Of a DNA stretch of 64,000 nt, positions 37,668 through 50,144 are shown piece after piece. The translations under genes were made by a program, and so were the position numbers. The notes beneath the pieces are model-generated. The model had not been told where the DNA came from. It was given only the letters and a program-made list of their open reading frames with translations, and ran no database searches. The DNA comes from Dendrobates tinctorius (lineage: Eukaryota): assembly GCF_039654945.1 (NCBI RefSeq), contig NW_027361910.1, positions 1,550,001-1,614,000 on the forward strand. Reading direction: 5' to 3'. The first letter of the stretch is position 1, and the number at the start of each line of letters is the position of its first letter.

Positions 37668-40600
37668 CGTCTCCCCAGCTACCTGGAGACTTCTCCTGGA
37701 CACATTGACACAACGCATCAGCAGTATCACTGCTGATCAACACACACATCAGTCTCCATCTCAAGGCCATCCACCTTGAGATACATAATGGTCATTCATG
37801 ACTCTGCCATTCATCCTCTCTCCTCAGACATCCACACAGCGCCCCTAACGGACACAGTGGTCACTACACCACATACCTCCCCCCTCTGTTCAAACCTGTG
37901 GGGTTGAACACACAGCATAACCCCAGGATCTCGAGACCGGGTACTCACTACACCTTGCCCCCCAGGTCGAGAGAACCATCTCCATCTGTCATACGCCTCA
38001 TTCCTACGTTAGGCCTCCCCCACCCCCAGCGGTCAGAATATCGGCCCTGATCTTTGGCCCTCCAGTCACAGCCTGTCTGCGTCATCAGACACTATTTAGT
38101 CACCACATACCTCTCCCTGTTTGTTCTGTTCCCCGACCAGCTCCCCCGGTCAGTACGGTCATTAGTCTTAGTTACGCCCACTGTCTTGCTTGAGTTTGAC
38201 TCATTCACCTTCTCACAGGAACTTCGGTCTCTCAATGTCATCCTGCCAGTCGAACTACCACTTGCTGACATTCTTCGGCCATCTGCCATGTCACTTCTTG
38301 GAGGAACAGTTCGGGTCCTTACATCTTGGGTTGAAGGCGGCCGCCACCTGGTGTTCCGTACCTCTTTATTGATTCGCCGACGGTCCCGCCTCAACTGCTC
38401 AATCTCTTGCAGGTACCCTACTCGATACTCCACGAGCATCCGAAAGTCTCTCAGGCTCTCCACGGAGCCAACCACCATGATGGGAATCCTTCTCACTTCA
38501 CTGGATACTTGGTCTTCATCATCAGGAGGGATCCTCTTCCTCACCACACTGGAGATATTGGCAAGGTCTTGCATTACCTTCCCGAGTCTTCCAACGATTC
38601 TCCCAATCAGAGCTTTGGGTACCGGAACCACATCTTTCCGCAAACCCAGCCGATCCATAGCTTCCTTTGCTAACTCTTGTCATCGAGCAGCTTTCATATT
38701 ACTCCGCCTGACCAGCTGTTTGGTGTGAAGACATTGCAGATGCATTTCTTTCAGGACAGCTACTTGGTTTGATGTATCCTCTCTGGCTGATATTATCACC
38801 AACTGCCGAGTCTCAGGCGCCCAGTGCACCTTACACGCTTTGACCGCCTCTTTGAAAGCCTCATGCACACCTTCCTCCGCACAGGCTTCTTGCATATCTT
38901 CTGGTACATTAATTACAGACTTGAAGGTCGTGGCCTTGCTCTCTTCCAGGCCAGGAGGCTCTGGCTTTACCATGGACACTTCCCCCACTACAGTTGACCC
39001 GACTGGGTGACTGTCTTCTTCAGTCCTTAGCTCACAAACTTCACAAGATTTTAGCTCTTCATGACTCTTTGCCAAGATGGATACTGGCCGTTCCGTCTTG
39101 TTATCACTCGCGCTCACCTGCGGTAAGTCTTTGTCCAACTTCCTCTCCTGCCAAAGATCTCTTACAGTTTCTTTGAGTTCTTCTATCTCTTCCCTAAGGG
39201 TCTTGTTCACACTTTGCAAGGTGGACAGGTGACCTCTGATCTCCAAGACTTCTTTCTCAAGCTCCTCGACCCTGTGCTCGGCCGTTTGTCTCAAGACTCT
39301 TTCTCATTTGACATGTTCATCCACCTCTTCTCTGAGGGCCTTATTTAGTCCTTGCCATGTTACCATGTGACCTTTTAGCTCAGAGACTTCTTTCTCAAGC
39401 CCTTCTACTCTGTGCTCCCTTTCTCTCTCAGAGCCACAGACACCCACAGAGATTGAGTCACCCCGACATGCCGAGTCATCCCTCCAGTTACCCACTAACC
39501 GTGTGAATACTTCAGCCGTCTTATCAACCAGGTCAACATCAGTCCAGTCACGAGATGTCAGGTCTGTCCATTGGGCAGGCGTACCCCTTCTGGTCACTTC
39601 TACCTCTGACCTCTCCACATCAGGAGCCGTCACCGTCTTAATATCTGTTAGCCCAACCGTAGAAACATCTCCATCCTCGTACCATAGGTCATCAAACACG
39701 ACAAAGTCCCGGTCCCCCTCCAAGGTATACACTAAGTCTGGTGGTATACCTCCATCTTGGCACTCACTGCCTCCGGGCCCCTCAAACACCACTCTGTCTA
39801 GCACATAGTTTACAGTGACCCCATGCTTACAGCAAACCTGGGCCATTTTCTCGGTCAGACAGAAAGTGAGAGGAGTTCCTAACAGAGTCACCTGACTCTT
39901 TGAGTCAAACCGTCCCGAGATTCCTCCCTGGTGCAGCATCACGGTACACACTTGCGGTCCGTCATGCACCAGAAAGTATAACCCACATTCTGAAAACACT
40001 CTACACGAACACTGCTGTTCCTCTTTTGACACACCGGCCCCTTTCTGGACCACCCTGATTTGGGTCATCACCCCCCTCTGGGACTCCACCCCCTTTTGGG
40101 CTACTACCCTGATTTGGGTCACCACCCGCCTCTGGGACTCCACTTCTTTTTGGGTTACCACCCCAACTTGGGACTCCACCCCCTTTTGGGCTACCACCCC
40201 GATTTGGGCCACCGCCCCCTTTCGGGATTTCCCCATGTCCAATATACCGGTCTTCTCAGACCACAGTTCACGCCACACAGTTTATGTCTCTTACGATACC
40301 ACACAAGTCCTTGTTGGCACCACCACAGCTCCTGCTGTCATCGATCTTCGACACCACCGGCTGCTGTTCACACACAGCTGCTGGTGTCACCTTTGCAACC
40401 CCACTGAGTTACCGGAAGCCGCTTGTCCCCTTTGTAACCCCACCGAGTTACAGCAAGCCGCTTGTCACATTCTTGACTCCCACTGAACCACCGCAGGCTG
40501 AGTGGAGAAAATAAAATAAAACACACCCCACAAAACTCACGTGTCCTGTCTATTCAGGACGTTCCGTCTCTGCCTGAGACCGTCCAACACACAGGGCGCA

Positions 40601-42000
40601 CCGGGTGCGATTCAGGGAGCGACCCTCCTCCCAGGGTCTCCCCACACACCGGCCTCACCAGGTCCAGGGGCTCTTCAGGGCATCTGTCTCCGCCTGAGAC
40701 TGCCCAGCACTCACGCCTCACCAGGTCCAAGGTCATACCACGTGCTCCCGGGATCTGATTCTTTCTCCTAGAATCTCCCAACACTGACCCTCCAGGACCT
40801 TTCCTCACTGAACCCTCCAGGTACACAGTCTTACTCACTGACCCAGGTCAGTACCACATGAACACCTGTCCATTACCTGTGTCGGTCACACAGGTCCTCG
40901 GGTACCTCTTCTCCTCAGAGGCACCCTAGCAGTCACCAGTCTCTTTCTCCTGGGGAAGCGGTCGCACTGGGCTCACCGATCCAGACAGTGCCTTACTCAC
41001 TAGGCCGCCCCATGGTTCCCGAACCACAGCCAGACAGTGACTTCCCCAAATGGAGGCTGTCACAGGCTCTGCTCACACACGTGGCCGGTCAGCATATTAC
41101 CCGGCTTTCTCGACCGTCAGCCCTCCTGGCTCAGCGTTGCCCTTAGCAACCGAATTTTGCAGTCCTCTTCCGTTGCTCCCAGCAACAAGGCTACAATATT
41201 GCCCTTTGCAATCTCCACCAATTGTGAGGTAGCGCTGTCATTCACATCGGGGATCACTCGCTTAGCCGCCACAAAACGAGATCCGGCACGGGTTTTCCAT
41301 AAAACCATTATAGTCCATGCAGTTTATTTATGCAGCATAAACCCAAGCAAGCAACATAAAGTTCATATCAGCATAGCGTCCTTGACAGAGCTTCTCTCTG
41401 TCCTCCCTGCGGTCACACAGGTTGGCATACAAAGACTCTTCAGCCTCATAGTTATCTCACCCACATCCGGGTTTCCTCATGGCTGTTTCTCCATGCTGCA
41501 GACATCCATTCCCTCCCGGGAATCACCAGGCACGTGCAGCCATTACGCACAGCCACTCCACATGCTGTTAGCCAGGAGACACATCTCCCAGTGGGACCTT
41601 TCACAACGGACCAACCAGGTCCCTGCATTCACCACATGTGACCTACCCGGGCCACCTTATATGGTCCGTAGCCACGCCCACCTGGTCACATGGCTATGAC
41701 CTCATCACAGGTCCTTGAACCATTCACACAAACTTTGGAATAGCGTTCTTAAACACACCCCCTGGGTGGGCTTGTAGGTAACTGGGTCCGTCCGTCTCCC
41801 CAGTTACCTGGAGACTTCTCCCGGACACATTGACACAACACGTCAGCAGTATCACTGCTGACCAACACACACATCGGTCTCCATCTCAAGGCCACCCACC
41901 TTGAGATACATAATGGTCATTCATGACTCTGCCATTCATCCTCTCTCCTCGGACATCCACACAGCACCCCTTAGCGGACACAGTGGTCACTACACCACAC
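37668..42000 (-). mobile_element. Non-autonomous LTR element carrying a fragile-X-family-derived ORF
   Basis: 5' LTR 42000-41223 (TGTGG...CTCACA); PBS TGGTGGAGATTGC (tRNA-Ala-like) at ~41203-41220; PPT AGAGGGGGGAGG just before the 3' LTR; 3' LTR 37872-37668 is truncated but highly similar to 42000-41793; no RT/IN motifs. Confidence 0.9.
38092..40236 (-). pseudogene. ~714-codon chimeric ORF: N-terminal repeats, Cys-containing domain, two coiled-coil repeats, FXR/FMR1-like KH0, KH2 and NES, Arg/Ser-rich tail; two in-frame TGA
   Basis: The 324-, 204- and 188-aa ORFs share one frame and are separated by single TGA codons (39304-39306, 38680-38682). VPEDMQEACAEEGVHEAFKEAVKAC, VPKALIGRIVGRLGKVMQD and LVEYRVGYLQEIEQLR align by eye to FXR1 as recalled. 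Confidence 0.85.
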
Positions 42001-43632
42001 TATCCATAGAGAGGAAACATGGCATACCTATCGTTATCTATTTGCCTTATATTAATTTGAAAAGTGCTGTCACAACCGTGACATAAGACAATGCGCTATG
42101 TTCGCTGCTTCAACAATACTCCAAAAATATTTATTTCATAACATTAGGACCCTTGCTGTTCATAAAAAAACTTTAACATTCATAACTGAAATAGAAAAAA
42201 GTAGTTTAATGTAGTTTGCCTGTCAATTCTGGTTGCTGCTAAGGCCATAAATCTGTCACCTCCACCATTCTTCTGCAGCTGAGGATAAAGGTGATCTCTA
42301 CCGACCATAAATCTGTCATATTCAAGAATTCTTCTGCAGTCAAGCCTGTTCTGTATCCATTTTCTTTAATTGCCTGTTCATACCAGGGGGGGTCCCCTTG
42401 CATCAGGGTCATATGGAGGTCATAGCCTTGCTTCAGTATTCAGTATTCAATATCGACTATGAAATGGCTTATATATTTTATCTCTATAACCGTCAATCAA
42501 TGTGTTCAAGAGTGGTGCCGAGATAGATGTCACAAGTAGAGATGAGCGAACCTTTCAAGGATCGGTTCAGTTCGGATCGGAATCTCAATGTTTGCCGAAC
42601 GGTTCGAAGAACATACCCAAACCCCAAACTTCAATGGGAGGCAGAACCAAATGCATAGACAACACCTTCAGGGCGGTAAAAAGCTTCCAAAACAGCTAAC
42701 ATTAGGGGCAGACACCAGGAAAAGTGGAATCAATTGACCCATCAATTGCACTATAGATAAACACTATAAACAAATTAATGTGGATTCCCCTGTATTTGTA
42801 ATAACCAGTCAGGAAAAACTGACAGTGGCAGGCTGCAGCCCTCAGCTGTCAGCATTAGTAAGGCTGGTTATTAATGAGATTGATGTGATATAATGGTTTC
42901 TGCCCTGTCAACAAACACCATGTGGTGGCAGTAAAGAAGAATTGAGTCACTTTAGAGACAAGTGATTCAGAAGATACAAACAGTGGCATGTACAATTTTG
43001 GACACTCCTTATCAAAATTACTGTTATTGTGAACAGCTAATAAAGTTGAAGATGAAATTATCTCTAAAGGCCAAAAGTTAAAGATGACACATCTCCTTTG
43101 TAATTTAGGCAAAATAAAAAGTATATTTTTTTCATCTTTAAAATGTTAAAAATTACAAAAAAGGAAAATGGACAGAAACAAAAATGTGTGCACCCTGCAT
43201 GGTTAGTACCTAGTAGCACCCTCTTTTGAAAGTATCACAACTTGTAAATGCTTTTTGCAGCCAGCCAAGAGTCTTTGAATTCTGGTTTGAGAGATTTTCA
43301 TGCATTCTTCTTTGGAAAATTCTTCCAGGTCTGTGAAATTCCTGGGTCATCTTGCAGGCACTGCTATTTTGAGGTCCAGCAACAGATTTTCAATGATGTC
43401 CAGATAAGAGGACTTTGAGAGCCATTGCACAATCTTCAGTTTGCACCTTTTGAGGTAGTCTAGTTTGACGTGTTTAGGATCATTATCCATTTGTAGAAGC
43501 CAGGCTAATTAAGGTCTGAAACCTTGGTCAAAGTTATCTGGGCACACAAATCTGCAAAGGTGACCAAACTTTTGCATCAGCCCATTTTCCTTTTTGTAAT
43601 TTTTGAAGTGTAAATAAATATATATATATATA

Positions 43633-44853
43633 CACTCACTGGCCACTTTATTAGGTACACCTGTCCAACTGTGTGTTAAGACTTAATTTCTAATCAGCCA
43701 ATCACATGGCGGCAACTCAGTGCATTTAGGCATGTAGACATGGTCAAGACAATCTCCTGCAGTTCAAACCGAGCATCAGTATGGGGAAGAAAGGTGATTT
43801 GAGTGCCTTTGAACATGGCATGATTGTTGGTGCCAGAAGGGCTGGTCTGAGAATTTCAGAAACTGCTGATCTACTGGGATTTTCACGCACAACCATCTCT
43901 AGGGTTTACAGAGAATGGTCCGAAAAAGAAAAAAAATCCAGTGAGCGGCAGTTCTGTGGCCGGAAATGCCATGTTGATGCCAGAGGTCAGAGGAGAATGG
44001 GCAGACTGGTTCGAGCTGATAGAAAGGCAACAGTGACTCAAATTGCCACCCGTTACAACCAAGGTAGGCAGAAGAGCATCTCTGAACGCACAGTGCGTCG
44101 AACTTTGAGGCAGATGGGCTACAGCAGCAGAAGACCACACTGGGTACCACTCCTCTCAGCTAAGAACAGGAAACTGAGGCTACAATTTGCACAAGCTCAT
44201 CGAAATTGGACAGTAGAAGATTGGAAAAACGTTGCCTGGTCTGATGAGTCTCGATTTCTGCTGCGACATTCGGATGGTAGGGTCAGAATTTGGCGTAAAC
44301 AACATGAAAGCATGGATCCATCCTGCCTTGTATCAACGGTTCAGGCTGGTGGTGGTGGTGTCATGGTGTGGGGAATTTTTTCTGGGCACTCTTTGGGCCC
44401 CTTGGTACCAATTGAGCATCGTTGCAACGCCACAGCCTACCTGAGTATTGTTGCTGACCATGTCCATCCCTTTATGACCACAATGTACCCAACATCTGAT
44501 GGCTACTTTCAGCAGGATAATGCGCCATGTCATAAAGCTCGAATCATCTCAGATTGGTTTCTTGAACATGACAATGAGTTTACTGTACTCAAATGGCCTC
44601 CTCAGTCACCAGATCTCAATCCAATAGAGCATCTTTGGGATGTGGTGGAACGGGAGATTCGCATCAGGGATGTGCAGCCGACAAATCTGCGCCAACTGTG
44701 TGATGCCATCATGTCAATATGGTCCAAAATCTCTGAGGAATGCTTCCAGCACCTTGTTGAATCTCTGCCACGAAGAATTGAGGCAGTTCTGAAGGCAAAA
44801 GGGGGTCCAACCCCTTACTAGCATGGTGTACCTAATAAAGTGGCCAGTGAGTG
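43633..44853 (+). mobile_element. Intact Tc1/mariner DD36E (Incomer-type) transposon, 1221 bp
   Basis: Perfect 29-bp TIR CACTCACTGGCCACTTTATTAGGTACACC; inserted in (TA)n. Confidence 0.95.
43781..44821 (+). CDS. DD36E transposase, 346 aa
   Basis: Paired-like [29 protein letters not shown], with 36 residues between the second D and the E. Confidence 0.95.
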   Translation: MGKKGDLSAFEHGMIVGARRAGLRISETADLLGFSRTTISRVYREWSEKEKKSSERQFCGRKCHVDARGQRRMGRLVRADRKATVTQIATRYNQGRQKSISERTVRRTLRQMGYSSRRPHWVPLLSAKNRKLRLQFAQAHRNWTVEDWKNVAWSDESRFLLRHSDGRVRIWRKQHESMDPSCLVSTVQAGGGGVMVWGIFSGHSLGPLVPIEHRCNATAYLSIVADHVHPFMTTMYPTSDGYFQQDNAPCHKARIISDWFLEHDNEFTVLKWPPQSPDLNPIEHLWDVVEREIRIRDVQPTNLRQLCDAIMSIWSKISEECFQHLVESLPRRIEAVLKAKGGPTPY

Positions 44854-44885
<32 letters not shown>

Positions 44886-46628
44886 GTATATGGCATACAA
44901 TACAAACTAAAAGTGTCATCTTTAAATATAGGCCATTTACAGATCATTAAATCTTCAACGTGCTTAACGGCTCACAATAACAGTAAATGTGATCAGGGGT
45001 GCCCAAACTTTTACATACCACTGTAACAGAAATGAGAGGATCTAACAAAATTCTAATTGGCCTGGGAAATTATTCTCTGCAAATGGAATGTTCATTATCT
45101 TGCTCAGGGATTTCTCCAGAATCCGGAGCATAATAAGCAAAAAAAAACCCTTAAACTCGCCTAAATGCTCATCTGTGCAGTCCCTCTGCTGCTCAATGCC
45201 TGCTGTCCAGCCTCTAGAGACACCTTTTCTTTCCGATGTCGCAAGTTGCGTCTCCAAAACTATTAACCAGACCTCAGAAATCACTGTGCATCACTTTACT
45301 GTCATGATATGCGACACGCAGTGACCCCTGAGATCTGGTCATGGATAGAAGATACAACCTAGAGTGACAAGGCCGGGAGATGTGGTTCATGAAGGAGGAA
45401 AGAAGGGGCAGCTCTGAGGACCAGACAGCGGGCAACGAGCAGCAGATGGGCCAAACAGGTTAGAGATGAGGTTAGTATAACTTTGTTTTTTAAGACTTTT
45501 GCTGGCCATCTATGGTTCAGCAAATTGGTGGCTAGGCGGCCGCCATTTGCGGAATCCGTTCAAAGCTAATTTACAAGTTTTGTATTCTCAAAAATGCCTA
45601 TATTTTGTATATTTAAGTAGAATTCAGTTCCACTAGAATAAATTGCTCATCTTTAGTATATAATGCTTAGCTATTAATTTTAAACCATATGTAGGCTGCT
45701 TTCAATTTTTTTCCTTTTTAACGAACCAGGACAACACCTTTAAGCAGCAGGAGCAAAGCAATCAGGTCAACAGTTAATGTCAGCCAAATCTATCAAAACA
45801 CAAAAACAGCATAGAGCAATCATTAGTTAAACTGGAGCAGAAAGCTAGAGAAACGGTACAATTATCACTATGGTGAGGAGTCATCACAGGTTACAGTTTG
45901 CATAATTCACATTGTTATAGCTGCATTCACTGGGGAAAGGCAAGGTCAAGTATAGGAATACTATCAAAGACAACAAATGGTGACATGCTCAACCCAGTGA
46001 TCTTTCTAGCTGTGCTCGCTGTTCATAAATCAAAGTACAGAAAATTCAGCTTGAACTAAAGAATGCAACTGAAAGTCAGTCATTAAAAAAAAAAGGAAAA
46101 AGTACCCCAGTGCAAACATATTCTGACATCTCAGCCACTAAAATGATCCTTAGACCCAGTTGTTGCAAGTAGTCACTCAAGGATCTTGTGATTTCAGTTT
46201 TAATCTCTTTGTAAAAATTTGAAAGAGGGTGGTAAAAGGTGCAATATAATAATAATTTTATTGTAATGTAACACCTATTTGTACCGAGATTGGTGCTTGA
46301 AATACTCAGACATTCACAGCAGCAGACATTAATGATTCTCTTGCTGCACTGCCCTGGACTACAACCCCCATAAGACATTATGCATCATAGGGGAGGTCGG
46401 AGGAGGTGTAGCAGAGGAAGGGACAGATTGGCTGGGCAGTTTGGAGACAAAGGTTGGAGCCAGCAACAGGGGGAGCAAAGCATGCAATCCTCCATTACCG
46501 ACATGTGAGTCTGATCTTGGAGTTCAGGGGACAGAGGCACAGAGTGAGTGCTAATCATCCAGCCACTCATTGTGTGAGTGCAGAAGATAGCCCTGCAGCT
46601 GAACCACATCTGCAGACCAGCCAAGTTA

Positions 46629-47204
46629 AGGGCCCGTCACACATAGCGACTCACCAGCAATCCCGACAACGATATCAACGTCTCAGGATCACTGGTGAGT
46701 CGCTGCATGATCGCTGGTGAGCTGTCAAACAGACAACTTCACCAGCAATCAGGGCCAGCGACGCCGAGCGCGCGGCGTTGCTGTGTACATTAGTTACCAG
46801 CGCGCTGATGCAGGGAGCTGGTAGCTAAGGTACACATCGGGTTTCTAAGGGACGTGCGTCACTTAGAAACCTGATGTGTACCTTAGTTACGAGCTCCCTG
46901 CATCAGCGCGCTGGTAACAAATGTACACAGAGGGTTTCTAAGCACAGCGCAGTGCTTAGAAACCCTGCGTTTACCTTAGTTACCAGCTGATCGCTGGTCT
47001 CCCGCCTGTCACACGCAGCAATGCATCCTGGCCAGCGGGAGACCAGCCACCAAAAAATGTCCAGGGCTTTCCTACAGCGATCAGCGATACCGGCAGGGGG
47101 GCCGGTAGCTGATCGCTGTCACACACAGTGATCTCGCTGGTGATATCGCTGTTACGTCGCAAAACTTGTGACTCAGCAGCGATCTCGTTAACGTGATGGG
47201 GCCT
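46629..47204. mobile_element. Harbinger-type MITE with an internal palindrome
   Basis: TIRs AGGGCCCGTCAC / GTGATGGGGCCT, TTA TSD, internal inverted repeat ~46780-46930. Confidence 0.75.
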
Positions 47205-47839
47205 TTACCAGGAGATTGTGTCTAAGGTATCCAGACCCTGCAGCCCCAAACTGGATCCCTGCGTGAACCCCAAACCTACTACATCAAGGAGTGAGTAGCT
47301 ATTGTTAGGACTTGTGGTTCCACTGTTGAGGAGTTAATAAGAGAACTGTTGCTGAAAGGATTTTATTTCTATTGTATTACGTGCACCAATGGCTTCTGCA
47401 AAGCGCGCCAACAACCGCAACAACTGGGCCTCCTCATTGGACTGTGTTACTGGCATTGCTGCAGCCATTATTGGGTGTTAATAGTTAGGAGTTTGTCTGT
47501 TGTCACTTAAAGGTGAAGTGTCATCATTACCATTCAGACCTATTGGAAAGTACATTTTGAAGCTGCATCATAGATTGTGTGATTTTATATGTTTTGCTGT
47601 TTCCTTGTTACGCCCTCTGAATGTAACACCATTTATTTCTCTGTAAGTAAACCTGTTAATTGTTGAAACTTCATCTTTTGAGAGTGTGTACGGAGCATGG
47701 ACAGGGGTTTCTTGAGTCGACCACTAGCAGAAGAAAACCCTCCTGCATACCACTACTGCTCCCAGCAAGATTCGGGTGGAGGCACTGTGCTATATTGAAG
47801 TAAGAACTAGCGAACACCCTGCCCACAAAGGCGACTTAA

Positions 47840-48453
47840 CGCCGGTGCTCAAGAAAGACATTACTGAACTTGAAAGGGTTCAAAGGCGGGCTACTAAAAT
47901 GATAAATGGAGTTGGTTCACTACAATACCCAGAAAGGTTATCAAAATTAGGTCTATTTACTCTGGAAAAGAGAAGACTTAGGGGAGACCTAATATATATG
48001 TACAAGTATATCAGAGGGCAATACAGAGATCTCTCCAATGAACTGTTTGTACCAAGGACTGTGACAAGAACAAGGGGGCATTCTCTTCGTTTGGAGGAAA
48101 GACAATTTCTGCACCAGCATAGAAGAGGGTTCTTCACGGTAAGAGCAGTGAGGCTCTGGAATTCTCTTCCTGAGGAAGTGGTGATGGCCAACTCACTGAA
48201 TGAATTTAAGAAAGGAATGGATGCTTTTCTTGTGAGTAACAGTATAGAAGGTTACGAATAACAGAATATTATAGGTAGATGATTGACCCAGCTTAGGGGA
48301 AGGAATTTTTTTCCCTATGCAGAAAATTGGCTTCTACTCTGTTGGTTTTTTGCTTTCCCCAGGATCAACAATGCAGAACAGCTGCACTAAAAATAGGCTG
48401 AACTAGATGGACATAAGGTCTTCCTTCAGCCTTCAAAAGTATGTTACTATGTT
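47840..48453 (+). mobile_element. CR1 LINE 3' fragment
   Basis: LERVQRRATKMI...LEKRRLRGDLI...RGFFTVRAVRLWNSLP; (TATGTTAC)n tail. Confidence 0.9.
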
Positions 48454-48545
48454 AAAGGGGTGTTACAGTAAACTTCATGGTCAGTTGTGAATTCAGAGCA
48501 TTGGAGAGCAAGGACCTGACCTAAATAACTTGATAAGAACATGTA

Positions 48546-50140
48546 CACGGTGCGCATAATTTTTAGGCAAGTGAGCATTGTGACCATATTATCATTTTTA
48601 TGCAGATTTTCCAGTTCCAAGATGTATAAATATGAATGATTATAGGATAAAGCAGATCAGGTTATGTGTCTTTGTGTAATGAAGGAGGGAGGTGCCTAAA
48701 GCCATCAACACAGTTTATCAAGGTGTGCACAATTAGTAGGCATCTTGTTTTCTTCAGGCAAAATGGACCAAAATAGAAACTTCCCTCACTCTAAAAAGTA
48801 AAAAATTGCCACGACTTACAAAGGGATGCAGCACTCTTGAAATTGCTAAAATATTGGGACATGCGCACAGAAGCATCAAAAGTTTTGTTGCAAATAGTCA
48901 ACAGGGTCCCAAAAAATGTGTTGAGAAAAAAAGATGCACATTATTTGCCAAAAATTTGAGAGGAATCAAATGTGAAGCAACCAGGAACCCATTATGATCC
49001 AAATCTTTCATACTTCAGAACTGCAACCTCCCTGGAGAGCCCAGAAGTACAAGGTGTATAGTGCTCAGAAACATGGCTGAGGTATGGAAGACTGAAACCC
49101 AACCACCACTGAAGAAGACCCACAAGTTTAAACATCAAGACTGAGCTAAAAATTATCTTAAAACAGATTTTTCAAAAGTTTTACAGACTGATGAGGTGAG
49201 AATGACTCTTCCTACTGCCAGTTTTTAAAAGACACTTTCTTACAGAAAAACATGACATTTTTGCAGTTCTCTACTGTTTCGCTTAGAGTAAAGGCCCTAA
49301 AGATGAAAGAATAATGACACGACCCCCTCCCTCACCTTAACCATACCCTATAGAGTACTTGTGGGCCCTTCTCTAGTGGGAGATTTACAATGAATGAACA
49401 CAGTACACCTCTATGTACAGTGTTTGGGAGGCTGTAGATGTGTTGCCTAAAAAGTTGATTGTCATCAAATTAAAGAAAAGCTTATGGCTGGTATTAAAAT
49501 GAAGTGAGGCTATATTGGTCACTGATATTTATATTTTTAAATGTGAAATGTATTTTTGTAAATTTTGAGTTGTTTGGCTATCATTTTCACTTTAACAGAT
49601 GAAAATAAATAATTGAGATGGGAAAATGTACATTTCTAATTCAGCTGCATAATAATTGTGCACACTAAGGGTGTGTGCACATGCTGCGGATTCTGCTGCG
49701 GATTTTGCAAAATCCGCAGGTCAAAAGACCTGCGGTTTATCTGCAGATTAGCCTGTGGTTTTCCCCTGTGGATTGACACCTCTACAATGGAGTAGGTGTA
49801 AAACCGCTGTGGATTCCGCACAAAGAAGTGACAAATCCGAGCTGAAAAATCCACACTGTGTGCACTGCGGTTTTTGTTTTCCATTGAAAATAATGGTACT
49901 ATAAACCACAGCAAAAACTGTTGCGGATCCGCAGGGCCAAAACCGCTTCGGATCTGCAGCAGAATCCGCAGCATGTGCACACACCCTAATAGTTGCCCAA
50001 CAACTATGCCTACACATAGTCTCCTAATAAAGACAAAACCTCACTTTTTTGTTCTTGAATATTCAGGTTTATTAACCTTTTGGAGTGACCGACAGCACTG
50101 GCATTGTTCAATAATAAAAATGAATCATTAAAAATACAAT
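48546..50140 (+). mobile_element. Degenerate Tc1-like transposon
   Basis: TIR-like CACGGTGCGCATAATTTTTAGGCAAGT; HTH remnant GCSTLEIAKILGH; eroded TDE and NPIE-like motifs. Confidence 0.65.
49669..49986. mobile_element. Young Harbinger-type MITE
   Basis: Perfect ~31-bp TIR GGGTGTGTGCACATGCTGCGGATTCTGCTGC; TAA TSD. Confidence 0.9.
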
Positions 50141-50144
50141 GCAA

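Larger units (their letters stand above)
42981..45023. mobile_element. Old deleted Tc1-like element, host of the DD36E insertion
   Basis: Long imperfect TIRs CAGTGGCATGTACAATTTTGGACAC... / ...GTGCCCAAACTTTTACATACCACTG followed by TA. Confidence 0.7.
42537..45655. mobile_element. Possible hAT-like non-autonomous element hosting nested Tc1 elements
   Basis: TAGAGATGAGCGAA ... TTGCTCATCTTTA imperfect TIRs, subterminal CGAAC motifs; no clean TSD. Confidence 0.45.

Noticed and set aside
38092-39294. Genuine host FXR1/FMR1 locus
   Set aside because: Intronless, lacks Agenet and KH1 domains, highly diverged, and lies between the PBS and PPT of an LTR element; no gene symbol assigned.
38054-41699. 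Plus-strand ORFs of 224 aa (38054) and 220 aa (41037)
   Set aside because: Antisense shadow of the FXR-like frame, and a read-through of PBS/LTR sequence; no motifs.
46380-47835. LTR-like sequence around the 46629 MITE
   Set aside because: Composition is suggestive, but no TG...CA ends or TSD could be identified.
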